Of a DNA stretch of 64,000 bases, positions 1-8,212 are shown piece after piece (within the stretch, counting starts at the first letter, position 1; every line of letters starts with the position of its first letter). This DNA is from Polyangiaceae bacterium. Its GTDB lineage: Bacteria; Myxococcota_A; Polyangia; Polyangiales; Polyangiaceae. Made by a program: the position numbers and the translations under genes. Where the stretch lies: positions 418,493-482,492 of the forward strand of contig JBNKBE010000001.1 of assembly GCA_050287085.1 (NCBI GenBank), given 5' to 3'. The notes beneath the pieces were generated by a model that was not told the origin of the DNA, did no database searches, and was given only the letters and a program-made list of their open reading frames with translations.

Positions 1-45
1 GAAACCGCGCGCCGCATCAGAAGGTTCCAACGAATGTTCAGACAT
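1..45 (-). CDS. 5' end of a gene running off the left edge (MSEHSLEPSDAARGF...)
   Basis: ATG at 45 preceded by a strong SD (GAAAGGGAGTCTC-ATG) and an A-rich stretch; 15 open codons to the edge; sigma54-type promoter upstream. Confidence 0.6.
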   Translation of the reverse strand, partial: MSEHSLEPSDAARGF

Positions 46-233
46 GAGACTCCCTTTCATTTTTGTTTGCGCTTTCTTTTTTCAGCGCGAAGGCGGGTGC
101 CTTCAACCCGCCGAACTTACGGGATGAAGCGCAAGGCAACGGTGGGATGCCCAGACATCCAACCACCGAGACGTCGAACTACCCAGACATCCGGTTGCCC
201 TGCTGCCAGAGGCCACCCGCCATGACCCTTCAG

Positions 234-249
234 AGCAATACAGATGCCA
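234..249 (-). promoter_or_regulatory. sigma54 (RpoN) -24/-12 promoter
   Basis: Minus strand reads TGGCATCTGTATTGCT, close to TGGCAC-N5-TTGCW with exact GG-N10-GC spacing, intergenic and pointing at the ATG at 45. Confidence 0.7.
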
Positions 250-432
250 GTCGCTTCCGCCTTTGAATGACAGCTCGGCACGGCGCAGAAGGTGCAACAG
301 CCAGCTAGTCGCCAACCGTTCGCCAGGACATCGATCGCAGGAGAACAAGCGCTTCGCACACGCGCCAGCGATGCAGCCTAGCGGCTCACGGCGAACCTGG
401 GCCCCCCACTGGCTTCACCGCGCCGCAGGGGC

Positions 433-1443
433 TCAATGCATGAGATAAGCCAGAAGCAAAGAGATGCCGACGCTTGGCTGTTCAACAACCGCGAGGGTGG
501 CACCATCAACGCGAACGCGCCATGCGTCGACCGCTACGTTCAGGTCGAGCTCTGTCATGAGCGACCAGTCCGCACCCAAGGCATACTGAAGCCCCAATGC
601 CCCTTGCGCAAATGGACTGGTATGCGCACCTTGCCGAGCTCGATATCCCTGCACCGCTTCCGCGCGGGAACGATAGCTCGCCACCCCCGCCCCGATCATC
701 GCGTAAGGCGCGAAAGCGCCCACACCCCATCGATGACCGCCGCGGAGCAGGAGGAGGTTCCGTCCAAGGTGCACCTCGCCACCAGACGCGTCGAAGCGAG
801 AGTCCAACGCTGATACATCCACCGTCACCCCCAGAGACCAACGCCAAGCCTCGACGCCCGCGAACAAGCGTCCAGAAACGAGCGATTCGGAGAGCTCTGC
901 CAACGTGGCTACGGCTACCCCGGCGGCAAGTTGAACTCCGAGCTGCGCTGGCCCCGAACCAGAGCTGGAGTTCTGCGCCGGAAGCGGACGCTCGGCAACG
1001 GCATCAGGAGCCGCCTCCAACTCGGGCGGCCGCGATCGAGGACTCGGGAACAGAGGCCGCTCAAGCACAGCGCGAACGTCCTCCGCGGCTCGCACACCAA
1101 CCTCTTCGGCAACGAGCGGGTGACGTTCACTCGCAACCAATACCCGGCGGTATCGCACGGCCGCATCCGGCGCGACCACTTCGATCTCGACGCCCCGCTC
1201 GACGCTAGCAATTCGGAGCACGGCTGCGCCCCGCGGAAGAGGCGACAAGGCCGCCTCGCTCGCGCTGAGCACCTGCACCTCGAAACCGGCCGCGACGAGT
1301 TCGGCGGCCGCGAGCCGCACGGCACCTTGAATCGAGGCTGGCGCGTCGGGCTCTTGAAGCACCCGCACGGGCTCAGCACCAGCCACCGCGGCCCACAACA
1401 ACAGCGCAAGCGCCGCGCAGCGCGCCGCACGGCGATACGTCAC
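433..1443 (-). CDS. secreted hypothetical protein with C-terminal outer-membrane beta-barrel-like region
   Basis: Signal peptide (RRAARCAALALLLWAAVAGA), Pro-rich linker, amphipathic beta-strand C-terminal half; ATGA overlap with the FecR gene. Confidence 0.7.
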   Translation of the reverse strand: MTYRRAARCAALALLLWAAVAGAEPVRVLQEPDAPASIQGAVRLAAAELVAAGFEVQVLSASEAALSPLPRGAAVLRIASVERGVEIEVVAPDAAVRYRRVLVASERHPLVAEEVGVRAAEDVRAVLERPLFPSPRSRPPELEAAPDAVAERPLPAQNSSSGSGPAQLGVQLAAGVAVATLAELSESLVSGRLFAGVEAWRWSLGVTVDVSALDSRFDASGGEVHLGRNLLLLRGGHRWGVGAFAPYAMIGAGVASYRSRAEAVQGYRARQGAHTSPFAQGALGLQYALGADWSLMTELDLNVAVDAWRVRVDGATLAVVEQPSVGISLLLAYLMH

Positions 1444-3017
1444 TCTGGAGCGGCCTCGACGAGTTGTGCTGCCGCGCTTGCATAGGCGCCGCTAGGGTAG
1501 CTCTCCAAATACTGCCGAGCTAGCCTTCTTGCTTCCGTCCTCCGGCCGCGATTGGCCGCAATCGTCAGACGTCGCCCCAACGCTTCACCGCGATACTGCC
1601 GCGCGCCGCTGTTGATGTACTCCGCAAAAAGGCGATCGGCGACGACCAACTGCCCCTCACGCTCGGCCAGACGCGCTCGGTGAAACGGTGCTACCGCAGC
1701 GCTCGAAGTTCCGGCAAAGCGTTCCTGTACTGCAAGCCAAATGCGCTTGGCTGTCGCCGGCTCACCTGCATAGGAAGCGGCCAAAGCGGCCGCCTGCAAC
1801 TCACCCGCCGAGCAGGTGCGCAGGCAGGCGTTCACCCCTCGCTCGACAAACTCAGAGTACACTTGGCGATACTGGCCACGTCGCAACGCCTCTGACCAAT
1901 TGGCCCACAGCTTGGTCGCACCCGCGGGGACGTCGTTCGCGCGCCCACGCCGGCTAGGCTTTTCGACCACGTCCTCGCGCGCCACGCCATGACGCGTGGT
2001 CCCGGAAGCCGCCACCGGAGCCAGCTCGGTCGAAACACGCGACGGCGTCCGCTGACTTGCCCCGGAGGAACGCGCCCTTGCGGATTGTGACGTGGCGCGG
2101 GCGTGGGGCGCCCGGCTGCGTTCACGCCCGGCGACAACTGCCGGCGCGACGTCCCCGTGCGGCCGTGCCAAATCCAGAGTCCTCGCGTCTACGGCGCGAG
2201 CCTCAACGGATGCGCCGTCCACTTCTTCCAGGCTCGCCACCGTTCCGGAGGCGGTCCACACAATGCGCTCGCCAGCTACAACCGGACGCGTGCCTTCGCC
2301 CGCTGCCGGCCCGACGAGCCGCACCTCGCCGTCGTGCATGTCGAGAACAAGACGCCGGGTGCGCGAGGAATACTCGAGAGCAAAGCGGGTACCAACGACC
2401 TGTACTTCGTGGGGTCCAGCAATAAACGACCATCGCGTATCGAGCTCGTGAGCAACGTCGACGACCAGGCGCCCCCGGTGCAGCCGGACGATAGCGCTAT
2501 GCTCACCCTGAATGTCCACCTCGAGTTCAGTTTGCGCGGCCATCCGCACGCGACTGTCGTCCGAGAAGCTGAGCAGCGCTGGCGCGTCGCTCGTGACGTA
2601 GGTGTTCTGACGGCGCTCCGCGCCCGCGACATCAACCGATAGAACGGCCGTCGAAGTTAGGGACGAGACGAGCAACGGGAGCAGCACGACCGCCGTCAGC
2701 GCCGCCGCGCCTACCCACAACCTGCGGCCGTAGCCGCCCATGCAAGAACGCACCGCAACTCGCACAGCAAACCAACGACCATGGGCCAGGACTTGCTGTT
2801 CACCTTCCGCCCGCGCGGCCATCCTCTGTTCGATCCCGCGCCAGGCGCGGCGCTGCTCAAAAGGTCCCCGTTGCCGGACTCGCTCAGCTACGGCCTGCTC
2901 CAATATGTCCGAGGCCGAACGAAGGAGCACAGCGTCGCTCTCGGACTGCTCCGCTAGCGGCTCCTCTCCCAGCTCAGCAGCACCGGGGCGCTCGCTCCAA
3001 GCGCGCCGGTCATGCAT
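1440..3017 (-). CDS. FecR-domain anti-sigma-like membrane protein with C-terminal TPR-like repeats
   Basis: TM helix (LWVGAAALTAVVLLPLLV), FecR motifs (LSFSDDSRVRM, VQVVGTRF, LDMHDGEV), low-complexity linker, helical C-terminus ending ARQYLESYPSGAY. Confidence 0.85.
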   Translation of the reverse strand: MHDRRAWSERPGAAELGEEPLAEQSESDAVLLRSASDILEQAVAERVRQRGPFEQRRAWRGIEQRMAARAEGEQQVLAHGRWFAVRVAVRSCMGGYGRRLWVGAAALTAVVLLPLLVSSLTSTAVLSVDVAGAERRQNTYVTSDAPALLSFSDDSRVRMAAQTELEVDIQGEHSAIVRLHRGRLVVDVAHELDTRWSFIAGPHEVQVVGTRFALEYSSRTRRLVLDMHDGEVRLVGPAAGEGTRPVVAGERIVWTASGTVASLEEVDGASVEARAVDARTLDLARPHGDVAPAVVAGRERSRAPHARATSQSARARSSGASQRTPSRVSTELAPVAASGTTRHGVAREDVVEKPSRRGRANDVPAGATKLWANWSEALRRGQYRQVYSEFVERGVNACLRTCSAGELQAAALAASYAGEPATAKRIWLAVQERFAGTSSAAVAPFHRARLAEREGQLVVADRLFAEYINSGARQYRGEALGRRLTIAANRGRRTEARRLARQYLESYPSGAYASAAAQLVEAAPE

Positions 3018-3663
3018 CGTCGCCTCCTAATTCAGCTCCCGAACGCGTCACGTAGTCTGACAAGAGGGCGTCGCGACTGACCCGCTTCTTGACGTGTTCG
3101 TTTGCCCGTCGGACCCATCGTTTGGCGGTTGACTCGGAAACGCCAAGGGCTGCGGCGACTTCGAGAATCGCCATCTTCTCCATGCTCCGTAGAACAAAAG
3201 CCGAGCGCTCATTGGCGCTAAGCTCATCGAGAATACGCGTCAAGCGTTGAAGCGCCGCGCGCGCTCGCGGATCGTCCGTCCCCGACGCCTCCGGTAGCTC
3301 ACCGTCGAGCGCCGGCGCCCGGAAGATGAGTGCCCGACGTCGACGTCGACGGATCTCGCCCCGGATCCGATTCATAGTGATCGAGACCACGTAGCTCCGA
3401 ATCGCCGACGCGGTGCGGATCCGTCGCGCGTTCTCAAAAAACGCGACGAAGATGTCGCCCAGCAGCTCCTCCACCTCCGCATCGTGCCCGAGCGACTTCA
3501 GCAAGAGCCGATACACGAGCGGGTAGAACGCAACGTAAGCCGTCTCCTGCCATCCAGGTTCCCCCCGGACGAGCTGAGCATAAAGCCGTTCCGATTCCAT
3601 CCCCCGCTCCAAGGAGTCAGGACCCCCAACGGTTGTATTCGGCAGAAGAGACAGACGGCGCAT
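3010..3663 (-). CDS. ECF-type RNA polymerase sigma-70 factor
   Basis: Region 2 (AEVEELLGDIFV) and region 4 HTH (LSANERSAFVLRSMEKMAILEVAAALGVSESTAKRWVRRA); overlaps FecR start. Start uncertain (3663 or 3600; ORF track 3795). Confidence 0.9.
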   Translation of the reverse strand: MRRLSLLPNTTVGGPDSLERGMESERLYAQLVRGEPGWQETAYVAFYPLVYRLLLKSLGHDAEVEELLGDIFVAFFENARRIRTASAIRSYVVSITMNRIRGEIRRRRRRALIFRAPALDGELPEASGTDDPRARAALQRLTRILDELSANERSAFVLRSMEKMAILEVAAALGVSESTAKRWVRRANEHVKKRVSRDALLSDYVTRSGAELGGDDA

Positions 3664-4061
3664 AGTGAGCTCGCCGCGTAACCTACCAGGGGTATCTCCT
3701 ATTTGCAGCCCCCGAGCGAAAGTACGCGCTGGCCAAGCGGGAAGCGGCGACTCCGGTTCGGTCTCCGCCCAAGGGTAAAGGTCAGAATGGAGCATTGGCT
3801 CTCAGCAGCTGATTCCGGCCGCACAGTTCCGGGTCAGTTTCTATCGCTCTGCGCAGCCAGAGGGTAAACTTCGTGGCCACCAGCAGCGCGCTGGCGAAGG
3901 CGCGGCAAAGGGACTAGAACGTACGCGTGCGACCGGAGCTGAGAGCGTTCCCCGTCCCCGGCGCCTCGTGCCGCCCCAAGACAGCCGCGAACCAAGCGCG
4001 GTGTCTCCAGGCGCTGACGGGCGGTCATGGGTCTCAACCCCATGGCCCGCTGCTGGCGGCT

Positions 4062-5039
4062 ATGGCTCTAACTTTGTGCACGTTGGGGTGCCACACAACC
4101 GCTCTGGACGCCATCGTACGAGACTGGGAAGCCGGTGGCGCAGCGGCGGGCGAGCCACGGGGCCCCGCCGGTTCTTTCTCCGCGCCTCGTCCCTCGGAGG
4201 AGGGCGAAGGCGGCGAGGACGACGACGACGACGACCCGAGCTTGGCGAACACAAGCGGCGCGCCAGCTGTCTTGCGCCCGCCCGACGCCGGCGAAATGCT
4301 CGAGAATGCCGCCGACGAGGCCGACGAGGCCGACGAGGCCGCGACGACGGACGTGGGCGACAGCGACGCGCACGTGGGCGACGCAGACGTGAGCGAAGCG
4401 TGTGGTCCCGCCGAAGCCCTGGGCGATTTCGGGACCTTTCGTCTGATGTCCGTCACCGCCCCTGAACAGTGCTTGGTCTCCGAGGACATCGACGCCAGCG
4501 TCAACCCCTTGCCCTACGTTATCAGTACCCGAATCAGCCGTGACTGCAGCGGGTACCGCACACGACTATGGGAACTCTATCGCTACCTAGGCGAGCCTCC
4601 CGCGCCGTGGCCGGAACCTCCCGATAATGACCCACCGGACGACAACAACTCAGCCCCGGATGCTCCGGCCGGTGAGGGAGGTCAGTCTGGAGTCGACGTC
4701 GACGTCGACGGAGTGACGGCCGGCGGCGCAGGTGCCGTCCCCGAAGCCGAAGCCCCAGGCGGCGGCGTGTACATCGTATACAATAGCGCTTTCGACTACA
4801 CCTTGGGAGTCGAGGGGCCCTTGCCCGAAGCGGGCGCAGACCTCGTCCTGTACCCAACGCGGGGTCGCTTTCCGGAGCCTCTTCGCTTCGAATCCATAGG
4901 GAACGGAGAATTCCAGATCTCTCTCGCGCGCGATCGCTCCCTGTGCATGACAGAAAGCGCTGGAGATGCCGAGCTCTGGCCCTGCGCCGATGCAACAGAT
5001 GGACAGCGCTGGGCCCTGGTTCCTTATTGGTGTCCATGA
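4062..5039 (+). CDS. putative lipoprotein with ricin-B-like (beta-trefoil) domain
   Basis: Lipobox-like TLGC after MALTLC; acidic linker; ricin-like motifs (EQCLV, RSLCMT, LWPC...DGQRW). Start uncertain (ORF track 3927). Confidence 0.6.
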   Translation: MALTLCTLGCHTTALDAIVRDWEAGGAAAGEPRGPAGSFSAPRPSEEGEGGEDDDDDDPSLANTSGAPAVLRPPDAGEMLENAADEADEADEAATTDVGDSDAHVGDADVSEACGPAEALGDFGTFRLMSVTAPEQCLVSEDIDASVNPLPYVISTRISRDCSGYRTRLWELYRYLGEPPAPWPEPPDNDPPDDNNSAPDAPAGEGGQSGVDVDVDGVTAGGAGAVPEAEAPGGGVYIVYNSAFDYTLGVEGPLPEAGADLVLYPTRGRFPEPLRFESIGNGEFQISLARDRSLCMTESAGDAELWPCADATDGQRWALVPYWCP

Positions 5040-5086
5040 GGCGGCTGTCGCACCCCTGACGAGCCGCGCCCGCGGAACGCGGCGAA

Positions 5087-6478
5087 TTGCGCACTCGAGT
5101 GCTCAAAAAACTGACCCGGAACGAGCTCCCCCCACTCTGCTGGATATGCGGGCGCCAAATGAGACTCCCTTGGGGTCCCCTCGTCCGAGGAAGTGAGCAA
5201 GAGTTGTCAGAGTTGGTTGACCTGCCTCAGTACGAAGGAACGACACACGGAGCTCCGCAAAGCGCTGCTGCTTTACCGAGTGATGCGGCCCTACAGGGTG
5301 GCCGCGTTTCGTTCCAGCCCAGTGCTTCGTTCCAGCCCAGTGCTTCGTTCCAGCCCAGTGCTTCGTTCCAGCCCAGTGCTTCCTACCCGCAGGACGGCCG
5401 GTGCGGCTTCGGCCCCAAGGAAAGCCCAGCATTCACCCACCGCGGTGTCATCGCTCCGGACGCGAGGTCTCTGCTCAACGAAACCCCAACCCAACGCGCC
5501 TCCGAGGGATACGGCTGGCTTGCCTCTGACTTCGAACGCCGCAGCACGACCCGCCCGGGCGGCGTTTCGCCGGCGACACTGGGCACGCCTAACGCCGGCT
5601 ACCACGGCCATATCTGGGCCTGTGGAGCTCAGTCGCTCCCTGCACCGGCACGCGTCGCCTACAATACGCTCGAATTGCTCTTTGTCGCGGAGGGTAGTGC
5701 CGTATGCCAGGTGGGCGCTCGCACTCACCAACTTGGACCGGGCTCAACCCTGTGGCTGCCCGCTGGCTGCGGACGCAGTGTCGTAACCGCATCTCCTGGC
5801 CTCGTCGCCTGGCTCGCGAGTTTTCAACTCGACGTGGTGCAGCAGGTCGCTAACGGCTTTGCGCCTCCAGGATTGTCGGAGGTTGCGTCGAGCGCGGTCG
5901 CAATTGGCAAGGTCTCCTCAAGAGCCGCCAAGCGCCTCGCCAGCCTATTTGAGGATCTGCATCGGAAAGACAACGGCACACAAGCGGGCAAAGCCCCCCC
6001 CCGCACTCCGGCCGCGCCAAGCGCGCACTCCCAGGCAGGAATACCGGGGCGTAGCGCGCTAGCGTACCTCTTGGTGTCGGCTTGGACCGAACACTGCTCC
6101 ACAGAACAGCCGCGAGCCGACATCCCGGACGACCTTCACCCAGCGGTTGAAAAAGCGGCAAGACAGCTTCAGTCAGGCGAGTTGAATCTGACCCTCGAAG
6201 ATCTCGCAAAGACCTGCGGAGCAAGCAGCGCTTGGTTAAGCCGACTATTTCGTCAGCAGATGGGACTATCACTCGTCGACTATAGAAACCAGCAAAGGAT
6301 CGAGCGCTTTTTTCGGCTGTACCGCAGCGGCTACCGGGTTAACATCACACAAGCAGCATTGGAGTCAGGCTTCGGCAGCTATGCGCAATTTCACCGTGTT
6401 TTTCGCCGCTGCATGGGCTTTGGCCCCGCGGAACTGCGACGCAAACTGACTCGACGACCCGAGTCAGAGACGCGCTAG
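5087..6478 (+). CDS. AraC family transcriptional regulator
   Basis: Cupin-like region (LELLFVAEGSAVCQVG) and AraC double HTH (LTLEDLAKTCGASSAWLSRLFRQQMG; ITQAALESGFGSYAQFHRVFRR). True start probably downstream of 5087. Confidence 0.9.
   Translation: MRTRVLKKLTRNELPPLCWICGRQMRLPWGPLVRGSEQELSELVDLPQYEGTTHGAPQSAAALPSDAALQGGRVSFQPSASFQPSASFQPSASFQPSASYPQDGRCGFGPKESPAFTHRGVIAPDARSLLNETPTQRASEGYGWLASDFERRSTTRPGGVSPATLGTPNAGYHGHIWACGAQSLPAPARVAYNTLELLFVAEGSAVCQVGARTHQLGPGSTLWLPAGCGRSVVTASPGLVAWLASFQLDVVQQVANGFAPPGLSEVASSAVAIGKVSSRAAKRLASLFEDLHRKDNGTQAGKAPPRTPAAPSAHSQAGIPGRSALAYLLVSAWTEHCSTEQPRADIPDDLHPAVEKAARQLQSGELNLTLEDLAKTCGASSAWLSRLFRQQMGLSLVDYRNQQRIERFFRLYRSGYRVNITQAALESGFGSYAQFHRVFRRCMGFGPAELRRKLTRRPESETR
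5308..5382 (+). repeat. 18-bp tandem repeat x4.2 (TTCGTTCCAGCCCAGTGC)
   Basis: Four perfect copies plus TTC; reads SFQPSA in the AraC frame. Confidence 0.95.
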
Positions 6479-6499
6479 AAGCAGCCCCCTGGTCCAACG

Positions 6500-8212
6500 T
6501 CAATGGGCCGCTTGTGGGCTGATTGGCGCGGGCTGTGGTATCCGCTTGAGCAGGGGAAATCCTCCCGCCGGCGTCCGCAATTCAAGCTCTTCGAACAGAA
6601 GATCAGGGACGCTGGCGGTCACCATGAGGGGCAAGGCGCCAGTCTCAACCCGCAAGTTCAGAACGTGAAGCTGACTGCCCGCGCTTACGATATCCCGAAG
6701 CTGGCGCGGAACCACCTCCAGAAGCGTCCCACCACGAACCCGCTCCTGTCGACCATCCGGATACAGCCGGTAGATGGCCAACGGGGCAGGCAACGCGCCG
6801 CCGCCAGAAGCGTACCCCCGAGGCTCCATGGCCCGGATGATCAGCGCGTACTCAAGCCCCTGCTCTCGCGCTATGCCCAGCAAACGGCTGCGCAACGCAG
6901 CGCGCGAGCTTGGGCGGTGATTGCGTACAAGCAAATGCCCGACGTGCGCTCGGGGAACGCCTGAAAGGCCTGAGCGGGCATGACCGGTGCTGCCGCTCAG
7001 GTAGCGGTTAGCCGCCCTCGACATCAGCAGCGTCTCGAGACGTCCAGAGCGGATAAGCTCAACGCCCAGGGGCGCCACCCCCTGCTCATCGAATCCGTAG
7101 TGCCCCGCCACGATACTCTCTTGCAGCTTCGATACCGTGGGGTCATCCAGAACCGACAGAAACGACGGCAACACTCGCTTTCCAATGCGCCGCCCCCACG
7201 CCGGCGGCTCCAAGTCAGCCACTGGCGTTCCTGAAAGCTGGGGCGACAGTACGTCGTAGAAGAATTGGGGCGCTGCGCCGTCCTCAAATAAGACCGGCCC
7301 ACTGTAGTCCTCCATGAGGGGTGCTTGCAGTGCTTCGAGCGTGCCGTCGCGAACGCGCCGAGCGGCTCGCCTGACAACGTCCACCACGTGCAGCTCGCCT
7401 TGCTCGCGCGCCAGCAGGAAGCTCTCGACCGTGCGCAAGGGCATTCCGTCGGGCGCTTGTGTCTCGGCGTGAATCCGGACTTCGACCAACGAAGTCGCTT
7501 CGTACGCGCGGGCGCCTTCCGTAGATACGAAGACGCGCTCATCACACCAGGCCGAGATCGTCACGCCCGAGGATTGAATTCCGACGTGCGATAGCTCACT
7601 CGAGCCTGCCACAGCTGCGGCACGCAGGTCGTCCAGCACAGGCAAGGTCAAGGCCTGACCTCCGCCAGCGCGTACCACCGGCGCCGGCGCAAAGTCCACC
7701 GGAGGCGGATAGGACAATGTCGCCGAGGCACGCGCACTTTGCTTCTGCTCGAGAGCATCGCTAGCAACCCGATAGGCCGCATCAAACGCTGGCCAGAGCG
7801 CATACTCCAATGCGCCTGGAGCCGACTCCAAAGGCACACGCAACAAGGCGGGTCCCCCGACCTCGTCGTCCGACGGACTGAAGTTGCTGTTATCGAGCTG
7901 AGGACTTCCAACACGCAACATCGGAAGTGCTACGTGAAGCTCCGCGGGCCCCTCCGAGACAACAGCGCCGAGGCTGGCTTCAACGTGGTAGGAACGAATG
8001 GCCGCGTAGTGAGTGGCGGCCAGGTACGGATGAGCACGCCCCTTTGTATGGAGCTGCAGTGCGCGTTGCTGCTCCCGCTGCAATGCATCGGCCACCTGCG
8101 TCCAGCTATCCCCCAAGGGCGTCGCGTTTCCCACTGAGGCCCACGAAAGAAGGCAGATCTGGGCAAGCACGGTAGCCCAGCTCGCGCTCCTAGGTCGGTG
8201 AGGCAACCGCAT
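6500..8212 (-). CDS. secreted TldD/PmbA family protein, non-catalytic (PmbA/TldE-like)
   Basis: PmbA/TldD C-terminal motifs (YSGPVLFE, VLDDPT, FDEQGV, STGHAR); no HExxxH; signal peptide (...LLSWASVGNA); ATG at 8212 overlaps the upstream TGA. Confidence 0.85.
   Translation of the reverse strand: MRLPHRPRSASWATVLAQICLLSWASVGNATPLGDSWTQVADALQREQQRALQLHTKGRAHPYLAATHYAAIRSYHVEASLGAVVSEGPAELHVALPMLRVGSPQLDNSNFSPSDDEVGGPALLRVPLESAPGALEYALWPAFDAAYRVASDALEQKQSARASATLSYPPPVDFAPAPVVRAGGGQALTLPVLDDLRAAAVAGSSELSHVGIQSSGVTISAWCDERVFVSTEGARAYEATSLVEVRIHAETQAPDGMPLRTVESFLLAREQGELHVVDVVRRAARRVRDGTLEALQAPLMEDYSGPVLFEDGAAPQFFYDVLSPQLSGTPVADLEPPAWGRRIGKRVLPSFLSVLDDPTVSKLQESIVAGHYGFDEQGVAPLGVELIRSGRLETLLMSRAANRYLSGSTGHARSGLSGVPRAHVGHLLVRNHRPSSRAALRSRLLGIAREQGLEYALIIRAMEPRGYASGGGALPAPLAIYRLYPDGRQERVRGGTLLEVVPRQLRDIVSAGSQLHVLNLRVETGALPLMVTASVPDLLFEELELRTPAGGFPLLKRIPQPAPISPQAAH

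Noticed and set aside
60..225. Leader as a c-di-GMP-I or other known riboswitch
   Set aside because: Only a weak CAGGGCAACC likeness; no GNRA tetraloop/receptor arrangement seen.
5308..5382. 18-bp arrays (also 56685 and 60578) as CRISPR
   Set aside because: Head-to-tail units with no spacers and no cas genes.
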